This document shows, one piece after another, positions 1 to 8,960 of a stretch of DNA of 24,000 nucleotides (position 1 is the first letter of the stretch; each line of letters begins with the position of its first letter). Source of the stretch: an uncultured Actinomycetes bacterium. Its GTDB lineage: Bacteria > Actinomycetota > Thermoleophilia > Solirubrobacterales > Solirubrobacteraceae. Location: the NCBI GenBank assembly GCA_963805615.1, contig CAWDUW010000001.1, positions 514,899 to 538,898 of the forward strand. Reading direction: 5' to 3'. The translations under genes and the position numbers were made by a program. The notes below the pieces were generated by a model, which was given only the letters and a program-made list of their open reading frames with translations, had not been told where the DNA came from and did not search any database.

Positions 1-1083
1 AGGCCACGACCGACGTCCCGTCGACCGTCGTGAACCTCCAGGGCATCCTGGGCATCGGCGGCTACGAGGGCATCCAGAACGACTCGGCGGGCAACCTGTG
101 GATCGTCGAGGACGTCGGCGGCAAGAGCGGCACGGTGAACACGTTCGCCAAGCAGCCGAACAGCTTCGTCTACCGCTTCAAGCCGTACGACGCGACCGAC
201 CTGACCAAGGGCGGCAAGCTGCAGGTGCTGCAGGTCGGCTCGCTCGCAGAACCCGGGCCAGCCGATCGCGTTCAACGGGCCGTCGACCGGCTCGCGCGAC
301 CGGCGCACAGGCGGACGCGGACATCCTGTCGGCGGACACGAAGGACCTGCACAGCTACGGCAAGATGTTCACGACGAAGTTCGTCACGATTCACGACACG
401 GCGACCGACGGCACTGCGCCGTTCAGCGCGAACGCCGCTGCGAAGGCCGGCAAGGGCACGCCCTTCAAGCGACCGGAGAACGGGCAGTTCCTGCCCGGCA
501 GTGGATTCCGCTCGTTCGTCTTCGACGAGACGGGCGACACCGACAACCGCACCCAGGCCGCGCCGGACTTCGGCGGCTTCGGCGGGCTTCAGCGGCTCGA
601 CTCGCCTGGCCCGGATCGGACACCGGCAAGCTGCGGCTCTTCTACAAGGGCGACCAGGCGCACAGCGGTCTCGACAACCTGACGTTCGTGTCGAAGACGA
701 AGATCGCCGCCGTCGAGGACGCCGGCGACACGCTGCACACGCAGCGCAACGCGCTGGACTCGGCGTACCTGCTGGACACCGGCGTCGACTACTCCGCGCC
801 CGGTGTTCCCGCACCGGTGCGGTTCATCGCCGAGGGGCGAGACCCGTCGGCGACGCTCGACTCGGCCGGAGGCCCGCTCGTCGCCGGCAACGACGGTGAC
901 AACGAGATCACGGGCATCCACGCGTCGGACGGCGATCCGTCGCGGTCGGGCATCCTCGGCGCCAAGACGCCGCGGGTGTTCCGCGACGGCGAGTGGCGCC
1001 TGTTCTGGACCCAGCAGCACGGGGACAACACGACGTGGGAGATCTTCCGCGGCGGGGGGCCGCGGGACGGCTGGGGTGACTGA
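1..1083 (+). pseudogene. Secreted beta-propeller-type protein, tentatively PhoX/DUF839-like phosphatase family. The 5' end lies outside the window and the reading frame changes three times.
   Basis: Protein-like sequence needs four joined pieces. (1) ORF 30..899 frame up to ~243 (..GILGIGGYEGIQNDSAGNLWIVEDVGGKSG..FVYRFKPYDATDLTKGGKLQVLQVGS), which is open back to base 1. (2) An unlisted frame ~241-300 (SQNPGQPIAFNGPSTGS). (3) ORF 98..682 frame ~300-597 (AQADADILSADTKDLHSYGKMFTTKFVTIHDT..TPFKRPENGQFLPGSGF..FDETGDTDN). (4) ORF 688..1083 frame from ~598 (LAWPGSDTGKLRLFYKGDQAHSGLDNLTFVSKTKIAAVEDAGD..GDNEITGIHASDGD..WTQQHGDNTTWEIF), stop 1081-1083. The family name rests only on remembered motif style. 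Confidence 0.55.
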
Positions 1084-1114
1084 CCCGGCTCGGACGATCG
1101 CCATGCACGCACGC

Positions 1115-1140
1115 GCGGGCCCCGGGAGACCGGGGCCCGC
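1115..1140 (+). terminator. GC-rich hairpin, a putative intrinsic terminator after the first gene
   Basis: Perfect 11-bp stem GCGGGCCCCGG (1115-1125), loop GAGA, CCGGGGCCCGC (1130-1140), 32 nt after the stop at 1081-1083. There is no clear U-tract, which is common in high-GC actinobacteria. Confidence 0.5.
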
Positions 1141-1210
1141 GTCCGTGCTTGCCGCACATAGGATTCGCCGCCGCAGTTCCCCTCCCCACGACAGATCACA
1201 GGAGACCGGC

Positions 1211-2037
1211 ATGGGAGTCCTCGACGGCAAGGTGGCCATCGTCACCGGATCGGCACGCGGCATCGGCCGCGCCACGGCTGAGCTGCTCGCAGAGCACGGC
1301 GCGAGCCTCGTCATCAACGACCTCGACGGCGACGTCGCCGCGCAGACCGCGAGCGAGATCACCGGCGACACCGCCGTGTACGCGGGCGACCTGACCGACC
1401 CCAGCGCGCCCGCCGCGCTCGTGAAGACCGCGATCGACAGCTTCGGCAAGATCGACATCATCGTCAACAACGCGGGCTACACGCTCGACGCGCCGGTCCA
1501 CAAGATGAGCGACGACTGGTTCCAGAAGATGCTGGACATCCACGTCGTGGCGCCGTTCCGGATCGTCCGCGAGGCGGCCCCGTATCTGCGCGAGCCCGCC
1601 AAGGCGGAGAAGGCCGAGGGCCGCGAGGTCTTCCGCAAGATCGTCAACGTCTCCTCGGTCTCGGGCACGATGGGCAACGCCGGCCAGGCCAACTACGCCG
1701 CAGGCAAGTCCGCCGTCGTCGGGCTGACGAAGACCCTCGCCAAGGAGTGGGGTCAGTTCAAGATCAACTGCAACGCCGTCGCGTTCGGCTACATCGAGAC
1801 GCGCCTGACCGCGTCCAAGGACGACGAGAACTCATGGAGATCGACGGCGAGAAGGTGCAGCTCGGCATCCCGGACCAGCTCCGCGGCATGGCCACGATGC
1901 TGATCCCGCTGGGTCGCCCCGGCACGCCGGAGGAGGCCGCCGGCGGTGTCTTCTTCCTCTGCTCGCCCTGGTCCGACTTCGTGCACGGACAGGTGCTCAA
2001 CGTCACCGGCGGCCAGTTCACCGGAATGACGACCTGA
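1211..2037 (+). CDS. Short-chain dehydrogenase/reductase (3-oxoacyl-ACP reductase-like), frame-disrupted near 1825-1835
   Basis: ATG 1211 with AGGAG at 1200-1204. It carries TGSARGIG (Rossmann), NNAG and S..YAAGK motifs in the ORF 803..1903 frame. The C-terminus (MEIDGEKVQLGIP..LGRPGTPEEAAGGVFFLCSPWSDFVHGQVLNVTGG) is in ORF 1747..2037, so a single-base frame change is needed. Confidence 0.8.
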
Positions 2038-2048
2038 GGACGGCGCCG

Positions 2049-2505
2049 ATGGCCGAGCACACGATCACGCTCGTCGGCGAGGACGACCTCCCCGACCTCC
2101 TTCCCCTGCTGCGCGGCTACTGCGACTTCTACGAGGTCGACGCCGCCGGACGCGCAGTTGCTGGAGATGTGCCGCGCGCTGATCGCGGACCCCGGGCGCG
2201 AGGGCGTGCAGCTCATCGCGCGCGGAGCTGACGGCGAGGCCCGCGGATTCGCCACGGTGTTCTGGACCTGGCAGACGCTCGACGCCGGGCGCATCGGAGT
2301 CATGAACGACCTGTTCGTCCACCCCGACGCCCGCGGCACCGGGCTCGCGGCGGCGCTGATCGAGGCGTGCGCCGACCGCACGCGCGAGCACGGCGGCAAG
2401 GTGCTCGCCTGGGAGACCGCGCTCGACAACGTGCGCGCGCAGACGGTCTACGCGCGCGTCGGCGCGACGGCGAGCCGCTGGCTCACGTACGAGCTGGCGC
2501 TGTAG
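2049..2505 (+). CDS. GNAT family N-acetyltransferase, frame-disrupted near 2140-2145
   Basis: ATG 2049 gives MAEHTITLVGEDDLPDLLPLLRGYCDFYEVD. It continues in ORF 2158..2505 as PPDAQLLEMCRALIADPGREG..VMNDLFVHPDARGTGLAAALIEAC..VLAWETALDNVRAQTVYARVGA. This is the acetyl-CoA-binding style R/Q-x-x-G-x-G/A motif. Confidence 0.75.
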
Positions 2506-3071
2506 CGGCGCCGAGATCCAGCACGCAGCCGGAGAAGTAGCTGCCCGCGGGTGACGCGAGGTAGGCACAGCTCCGCGAGCGCGGCGTCGCTCGTCGCGTC
2601 TCGCGGGCGGACCGCCACGACCCGGACACCCAGACGCGCCCATTCGACCGACGTCGTGCGGGCGAGGTTCTCCAGCGCCGCCCCGGCCGAGCCCGCCAGG
2701 GCGCCGTCCCGCGGCCGCGGTGCGATCAGCAGCGCGAGCCCGCCGCCCGCCGGCGCGAAGTGCGTGGTCACGACGGCGCGCGTGGCGCTGAAGGCGCCCG
2801 CAACCGCGTCGGCGAGCGCGGTGCCGTCGTCTCCGGACCGTCGGTCACGCAGCGCCGGACCGGTGTCGCAGACCAGGACGCCGACGGCCGGCAGCGCCTG
2901 CACGGCCGCGCCCACGGCCTCCTCGTCCAGCAGGTCCGCGCCCAGGTGGTGGACGCCCGCGCCGAGCCCGGCGCAGCGCTCTGCCACAGGGCTCGCGCTG
3001 CCCGCGACGACGACGACGACCCCGTCGAGCAGGCCGGAACGCAGGAGCGATGGGGCGTGGGGCGCGGGCAT
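2483..3071 (-). CDS. SDR-fold-like protein lacking the canonical catalytic residues, frame-disrupted near 2555-2565
   Basis: ATG at 3071 (MPAPHAPSLLRSGLLDGVVVVVAGSASP..). The body resembles an SDR (..ENLARTTSVEWARLGVRVVAVRP..). The natural C-terminus ELC-AYLASPAGSYFSGCVLDLGAAT..* appears only after a 1-nt shift, with stop 2483-2485. This end overlaps the GNAT 3' end convergently. Confidence 0.6.
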
Positions 3072-3124
3072 GCGCGGCAGCGTACTGCGCAACTTCCGCG
3101 CGCCCGGTGGTTCACTGAAGGTGC

Positions 3125-5439
3125 GTGCCGTTCTCGCTTCGCCCCATTCTCGCGCGCCGCGCTCGCCGTGGTGCTGGTGTCCCTCGCCCTCCCCGGCGCG
3201 CGCGTCCGCGCGCGCCATGCTCGTCGCCGGCGGCGCCCCGGGCCTCGTGTCCGTCGACCAGAGCACCGGCCGCGTCGCCGCCCCGCTCGGGCTCGGCGGG
3301 CCGGCCGTGGCGCTCGCCACGAGCTCCGACGGCGCCCGCGCCTACGTCGCCGCCGGCCGGCGCATCGCCACGGTCGACATCGCCGACCGCAGCACTGCGG
3401 GATTCACCACCCTCCCGAGCGGGATCATGAGCCTTGCGGCGAGCCCGAACGGGTCGCGCCTGCTCGCCGGCCGCGCCGGCGCCGTCGACATCCTCGCCTC
3501 CACCCCGCTGCCGGCCCCGCTGACGACGATCGCGCTCGGGCGCAGTGCGCGGCCTCGCTCCATCGCGATCGCCCCCAACGGCCTGCGCGCGCTCGTTCTG
3601 CTGGACCGCAGGCGCATCGCCATTCTCGACCTCACGACCCTGCGCATCGCAGCGAGGGTGCAGTTGACGAAGGCCACGGCGGTCACCTTCTCCCCGGGCG
3701 GGACCGCCTGGGCGCTGCAGCGCACGCGTGCCGGCGGGGTGCTGCGCCGCATCGACATCGTCAGCGCCCGCGCCTCGGTGAAGATCCGGCTCGGCCGGTC
3801 GATCGGCGGGGGGCTCGCGATCACGCCGAACGGCCGGACCGCAATCGCCGGCGCCGCCGGCGGCACGGCCGTCGCGGCGATCGCCGACCTCACCACCGGC
3901 CGTCTGGCCGCGCGCGTGCGCGTCGGCCGCGGCCCCGGCTTCCCCGGCGCCTCGAGCGACGGCACCCGCCTCTTCGTCGCCGACCGCGGCGGGCGCTCGC
4001 TGTCGGTGCTGAGCGCCTTCAGCTTCCACCGCCTGCGCAGCATCGCGCTGCCCGCGGGCGTGCGCGCCTCCGCGGCCGCCGGGCAGGGCGGCCTCGCCGT
4101 GCAGCGCGGCACTGCGGGCGCCGACGTCCTCATCGGCACGCGCGGGCCCGACCTGCTCGACGGGCTCGGCGGCGACGACAAGCTCAGCGGGAACCGCGCC
4201 AACGACCAGCTGTTCGGCGGCGAGGGCGACGACGTGCTCAACGGCGGCACCGAGAACGACCTGCTCGACGGCGGTCCGGGGAACGACCGGCTCTTCGGCA
4301 CGCAGGGCAATGACGAGCTCCTGGGCGGCCCCGGCAACGACGCCCTGTTCGGCGGCACCGGCAACGACCGCCTCGACGGTGGGGCGGACGGCGACTACCT
4401 CGACGGCGGCGACGGCGACGACGAGATCTACGGAGGGCCCGGCGACGACCGCATCGTCGAGTCGGGTCTGGGCAACGACAACCCGCTCGAGGGCGGGCCC
4501 GGCAACGACCTGATCGACGGCGGCCGCGGCACCGACAAGATCTACGGCGGCGACGGCAACGACACGCTGCTCGGCCGCAGCGGATCGGAGACGATCGACG
4601 GCGGCAGCGGCGACGACACCATCGACGGCGGCACCGGCGGCGACATCCTCTTCGGCCGCGAGGGCAACGACGCGATCCGCGGCGATGCCGGCTCCGACAG
4701 GATCTACGGCTCGTACGGGAACGACACGATCGACGGCGGGTCCGGCAACGACACGATCAGCGGCTCGTACGGCGCCGACGACATCACGGGCGGCCCGGGC
4801 GAGGACTCGATCACCGGCGGAACCGGCAACGACGTCATCCAGGTGGCCGACGACTCGCGGGACCGGGTCGACTGCGGACCCGGCAAGGACACCGTCTACG
4901 TCGAAAACACCGCGCCGAGCCGCGACGTCCTCACCAACTGCGAGACCGTCATTCCGGTCCCGCCGGAGCCGTCGACCGACGCTCCGCCGACCACGAACGT
5001 GATCGCCGGCACCCCGGGGAACGACGTGCTGAACGGCACCGAGGGCAACGACTCGCTGTTCGGGGCCGACGGCAACGACGAGCTGTTCGGCAACGGCGGC
5101 AACGACTACGTCGACGGCGAGAACGACGACGACATTCTGCACGGCGGCCCTGGCGACGACGAGCTGCACGGGCGCGGCGGGAACGACATCGTCCTCGGCA
5201 ACGAGGGGAACGACCGGCTGTTCGGCGACCGCGGGAACGACGTGCTCGACGGCGGCGCCGGCAACGACCAGATCTTCGCCGGGCTCGACAACGACACTGT
5301 CCAGGGCGGCGAGGGCGACGACACGATCCAGGTCGTCGGGGGCGGCTTCGACCGCGTGTCGTGCGGCCCGGGCATCGACACGGTCTACGCGGACGCGACC
5401 GATGAGATCGCGTCCGACTGCGAGATCGTCAAGCGCTGA
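3125..5439 (+). CDS. Large secreted protein: YVTN-type beta-propeller repeats followed by two blocks of RTX (hemolysin-type) calcium-binding nonapeptide repeats
   Basis: Uninterrupted frame from ATG 3217 to stop 5437-5439.
- Residues encoded ~3241-4065 carry repeated ..S(P/S)(N/D)G(S/T)R(L/A).. beta-propeller blade motifs: TSSDGARAYVA, ASPNGSRLL, IAPNGLRALV, FSPGGTAWAL, ITPNGRTAIA, ASSDGTRLFVA.
- 4111-4854 and 4996-5340 are dense GGxGxDxL/I/F repeats.
- The start is uncertain. A Sec-like signal peptide (MPFSLRPILARR / AALAVVLVSLALPGARVRA) can be read only by passing through three frames between 3125 and 3217. Confidence 0.8.
4111..4854 (+). repeat. RTX nonapeptide repeat block 1 (coding tandem repeats, ~27 units)
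   Basis: Consecutive GGxGxDxLx-type units (GGDDKLSGNRANDQLFGGEGDDVLNGGTENDLLDGGPGNDRLFG...), seen as 27-nt periodic ggc/aac/gac-rich DNA. Confidence 0.85.
4996..5340 (+). repeat. RTX nonapeptide repeat block 2 (coding tandem repeats, ~12 units)
   Basis: GTPGNDVLNGTEGNDSLFGADGNDELFGNGGNDYVDG...GGEGDDTIQV. It is separated from block 1 by a two-Cys cap and a Pro-rich linker (IPVPPEPSTDAPP). Confidence 0.85.
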
Positions 5440-6167
5440 TCGACGCGTGCAGGCGCTTGATCTCGGCGAAGATCTCGTCCGCGACCGCCTGCTGCTGCGC
5501 CCGCGTCGGCTCGGCGACCTGCTCCCAGCGCATCGGCTCGCCGTACTTCACCGTCACGCGCGGGAAGCGCAGGCGCTTCCAGTTGCGCACCGCCTGCGAC
5601 CCGGCGATCCCGACGGGCACGATCGGCGCCCCGGTCTCCAGGGCCATGCGACCGATCCCGGGCTTCGCCGTCTCCGCGAGCCGTCCCGTCCGTGAGCGGC
5701 CGCCCTCGCAGTAGACGCAGACCGTTCCGTCCCGGCCCATGATCGCGTGGACGATCTCGAAGCTGCGTTCGTCGCGGCGGCCGCGGCGGACCGGGAAGAC
5801 GCCGCCGTGGGTGTACACGTAGGTCATCGGGCCGCTCGAGAAGAGCTGCGACTTGGCCATGAACTGCACCTTGCGCCGGGTCGCCTGGCCCATGAAGAAG
5901 TGGTCGAGGTTCGAGAAGTGGTTCGGGGCGAAGATCAGCGGGCCGCTCGTGGGCACGTTGCCGCTGTCGATCGTCCGCGTCCGGTAGCCGATCCAGGCGA
6001 GCAGCGAGGTGAGAACCCGGACGATCTCGTAGATCCAGCGGTCGGGCCGCCTGGTCAGCGAGCGCGTGGTAGAACGGCTCGAGCGCCTCCGCCGGGCGCG
6101 GGTCCTCGTAGACCTGCTCCTTGATCGGCACGAGGTCCGGTTCCGCTGGTGTCCGCTGCTCGGTCAT
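5429..6167 (-). CDS. plsC: 1-acyl-sn-glycerol-3-phosphate acyltransferase family (PlsC-like), frame-disrupted near 6050-6062
   Basis: ORF 5429..5956 carries the acyltransferase HX4D motif (APNHFSNLDHF) and FPVRRG, CVYCEGGRSRTG and PIVPVGI blocks. The N-terminus MTEQRTPAEPDLVPIKEQVYEDPRPAEALEPFYHA is in ORF 5385..6173 and joins to LTRRPDRWIYEIVRVLTSLLAWIGYRTRTIDSGNVP. ATG 6167 is preceded by AGGACGG. The 3' end overlaps the RTX gene end by 11 nt, convergently. Confidence 0.8.
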
Positions 6168-6201
6168 CGCCACCGTCCTATCACGCCGGGCGGCGCGGCG
6201 G

Positions 6202-7684
6202 TCATGCCTCGACCCAGCCGCGCGCGCGCTCCAGCGCCCGCGACCAGCCGTGCAGCAGGGTCTCGCGCTCGTCCGCGCCGATCCGCGGGTCGTACCGGGC
6301 CTGCTCGCGCCACAGCTCCGTCACGGCGGACTGGGACCAGACGCCCGCTCCCACGCCGGCCATCAGCGCGGCTCCGAGCGCGGTGGTCTCGGCGACCTCC
6401 GGCACGACGACCGGCACGCCGAGGACGTCCGCCTGGAACTGCATCAGCCAGGCGTTCGCCGTCGCGCCGCCGTCGGCCCGCAGGCCACCGACCGGCTGCT
6501 CCGTCACCGCCTCGACCGCCCGCACCGCATCCACGGTCTGGTAGGCGATCGCCTCGAGCGCTGCACGGGCGAGGTGCGCGCGGCCGCTGCCGCGCGTGAG
6601 GCCCACGATCGTCCCGCGCGCGTACGGGTCCCAGTGCGGCGATCCGAGGCCGGTGAGGGCCGGCACGAAGTAGACGCCGTCGTTGCCGTCGAGCGACGCC
6701 GCAAGTGACGCGGACTCGCGCGCGTCCTCGATGATCCCGAGGCCGTCGCGCAGCCACTGGATCGCGGCGCCGGTGACGAAGATCGACGCCTCCAGCGCGT
6801 AGATCCGGCGCTGACCGATGCCCCAGGCGACGGTCGCCAGCAGCCCGGGCGGCGTCACGGGCGGCGTGTCGCCGGTGTTGACGAGCACGAACGAGCCCGT
6901 CCCGTAGGTGTTCTTGGCCATCCCGGGATCCAGGCACGCCTGCCCGTAGAGCGCCGCCTGCTGATCGCCGGCCACGCCCGACACCGGCACACCGCCATGG
7001 CCGGGGAGCGCATCCTCCGTGACGCGGCCGAACTCCCCCATCGACGGCCCGATCCGGGGCAGCGCGCGTTCGGGCACGCCGAACAGCTCGAGCAGCTCGT
7101 CCGACCAGCCACCCGTCCGCAGGTCGTACAGCAGGGTGCGTGAGGCGTTCGACGGATCGGTGGCGTGCTCACCGGTGAGCTTCCAGGTGAGCCACGAGTC
7201 GATCGTCCCGAAGACCGCGCGACCATCCCGCGCCCGTTCGGCGAGCCCGTCGACGTTCTCCAGCAGCCACTGGATCTTCGTGCCCGAGAAGTACGGGTCG
7301 AGGACGAGCCCCGTGCGCTCGCGCACGAGCGGCTCGTGCCCCTGCGCGCGCAGGTCGTCACAGCGGGCTGCCGTGCGGCGGTCCTGCCAGACGATCGCCC
7401 GGTGGAGCGGCTCGCCGGTCGCGGGATCCCAGACGCAGACCGTCTCGCGCTGGTTCGTGATGCCGATCGCCGCGAGGCCGCCGTCCGGGACTCCGGCGTC
7501 CGCCAGCGCCTCGAGCGCGAGCGCGCGCGTGACGTCCCAGATCTCCCGCGGGTCGTGCTCGACCCAGCCCGGACGGGGAAAATGCTGCTGGATCTCGCGG
7601 TAGGCCCGGCCCACGAGCTGGGCCTCGTTCGTCGAACACCAGGCAGGTGCTGCCCGTCGTGCCCTGGTCGATCGCGAGGATCAC
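6202..7684 (-). CDS. glpK: Glycerol kinase, frame-disrupted near 7622-7632
   Basis: ORF 6202..7614 is full-length GlpK-like (..HFPRPGWVEHDPREIW..GITNQRETVCVWD..IVWQDRRT..DPYFSGTKIQWLL..GDQQAALYGQ..KNTYGTGSF..LRADGGATAN..LMQFQADVLG). The ATP-binding N-terminus VILAIDQGTTGSTCLVFDE is in ORF 7358..7792. The proposed GTG start is at 7684. Confidence 0.9.
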
Positions 7685-7717
7685 GGAGCGCCAGCCTACC
7701 CTCGCGGGCGCAGACCT

Positions 7718-7762
7718 CGACCGGGTGTCGAAACACAGGACCGAATGTCCGACCGAGTGTCG
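7718..7762 (-). promoter_or_regulatory. Direct repeat pair upstream of glpK, a candidate operator
   Basis: On the minus strand, CGACACTCGGTCG (7762-7750) and CGACACCCGGTCG (7730-7718) match 12/13. The start-to-start spacing is 32 nt. They lie 34-78 nt upstream of the proposed glpK GTG. Confidence 0.25.
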
Positions 7763-7951
7763 CTGGGAGATCCGCGCCCGGTTCCGCATCATGCATGGGC
7801 ACGAGATCGAAGCGACCGGCGAACGTCCTGCTCCTCACGTCTCCTCCTGTGACGCAGTGTTGTCGGTCGTCAATGGTCGCGTGGATCAGGGCCGCGGCGG
7901 GGCTGACCCTCCCCGTCGCGGCTCCCCGACAGGGGACGGGGCCGAGCGACA

Positions 7952-7982
7952 CCCGGGGTGGTGGGGGACACACCGCCCCGGG
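7952..7982 (-). terminator. GC-rich hairpin downstream of the metal-binding lipoprotein gene
   Basis: CCCGGGG (7952-7958) pairs with CCCCGGG (7976-7982), plus an inner GGTG/CACC pairing. It sits 24 nt after the frame-corrected stop at 8006-8008. A second stem-loop lies at 7911-7941 (CCCCGTC..GACGGGG, inner TCCCC-GACA-GGGGA). Confidence 0.4.
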
Positions 7983-8005
7983 TTTCGGCCTCCTCGCCGG
8001 CGATC

Positions 8006-8945
8006 TCAGGCGCCGGCGGGGCATCCTGTCCGGCCGCCCGTCATCCCGCGAACCAGCGCGTCGGCGTTGGCCTGCTTCCATTCCCACGTAGGTGCCCGCC
8101 GGGCCGTCCTTCGGTCCGAGGGTGTCGCCGTAGAGCGTGCCGCCGACCTCCGCGCCGGTGTCCTGCGCGATCCGCCGGGCGAGCCGCTTGTTGACCGAGC
8201 TCTCGGGGAACACGGCGGAGACGTGCTCGCGCCGGATCGTGTCCTCGAGCTGCGCGAGCTCGCCCGCCGAGGCCTGGGCCTGCGTGGTCTGGGCGGGAAT
8301 CACGGCGCCGACGTAGCGCAGCCCATAGCGGCGGACGAAGTAGGCGAACGCGTCGTGGTCGGTGACGAGCTTGCGCTGCGCCGCCGGGATGCGATCGAAG
8401 CAGGCGCGGATCTGCGCGTCGAGCCGCGTGAGCCGGCGGCGATAGGCCTGGGCGCGCGCCGCGATCCGCGGCGCCGCGGCGGGAGCTGCCGCGCTGAGCG
8501 CCTGCTCGACGGTCGTGGCGGCGGCGCGCATGTTCAGGGGGTCGTGCCACCAGTGCGGGTCCGCGGACCCAGCCTCGGTGCCCGTGCCCGGGAGCTTCAC
8601 CGGGACGTGCGCACCGACGTCGACGACCTCGGCCTTCGTGCCGGACGCACTGAGGATTCCGGGCATCCACGAGTCGAGTCCCAGCCCGCTCGTGAGGATC
8701 AGTCTGGCGCGCGCCGCGGTCGCGACGTCCTTCGGGCGCGGCTCGTACTCGTGCGGGTCGGAGTTGGGCTGCAGCAGCTGGTGGACGTCGGCGTCGGGGC
8801 CGGCGATCTGCCGCGCGAGGTCGGCGAGCTGCGTCGTCGTGGCGACGATGACCGGCCGCCCGTCCGAACTCGAGCCGCTGCTCTGCCCGCAGGCCGAGAC
8901 GCCCACCATCACGAGGGCCAGAATGAGAATGACTCTCATTTGCAT
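8006..8945 (-). CDS. Metal (Zn/Mn) ABC-transporter substrate-binding lipoprotein, ZnuA/TroA family, frame-disrupted near 8075-8085
   Basis: ATG 8945. Signal peptide with lipobox: MQMRVILILALVMVGVSAC. Family blocks: VVATTTQLADLARQIAG, NSDPHEYEP, DPHWWHDP, LVTDHDAFAYFVRRYGL, VSAVFPESSVNKRLARRIAQDTGA. The listed 696-aa ORF 6855..8945 runs on as Arg-rich nonsense. After a 1-nt shift the end reads WKQANADALVRGMTGG..*, with stop 8006-8008. Confidence 0.8.
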
Positions 8946-8960
8946 AGGGCCGTGACGGTA

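Noticed and set aside
3112-5169. 685-aa ORF on the minus strand antisense to the RTX gene. Similar long antisense or out-of-frame ORFs include 2760..4313 (+), 12687..13883 (-), 14963..16033 (-), 17658..19034 (-) and 20272..21795 (-).
   Set aside because: Their translations are Arg/Ala/Gly/Pro-rich with no recognisable motifs, as expected for wrong-frame reading of very GC-rich DNA. In each case the opposite strand or another frame encodes a clearly identifiable family (RTX protein, BioB, BioF/BioD, BioA, aldehyde dehydrogenase).
4111-5340. Strong ~27-nt DNA periodicity that could be mistaken for a CRISPR array or satellite repeat.
   Set aside because: The period corresponds to in-frame RTX nonapeptide units (GGxGxDxLx) inside one long ORF. 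There are no unique spacers and no cas genes nearby.
7793-7870. A possible small leader ORF upstream of glpK starting at a GTG after AGGAGGAGAC (minus strand, VRSRTFAGRFDLVPMHDAEPG..).
   Set aside because: The frame runs on for hundreds of codons through glpK out of frame (it is the 6855..8945 ORF frame). It has no recognisable family features, and the composition is typical of non-coding translation.
6855-8945. A 696-aa ORF that looks like a giant protein spanning the lipoprotein gene, the intergenic region and part of glpK.
   Set aside because: Only the first ~290 aa are ZnuA/TroA-like. After ~8080 the text becomes Arg-rich nonsense and overlaps glpK in a different frame. A 1-nt shift gives a normal family C-terminus and a stop at 8006-8008.
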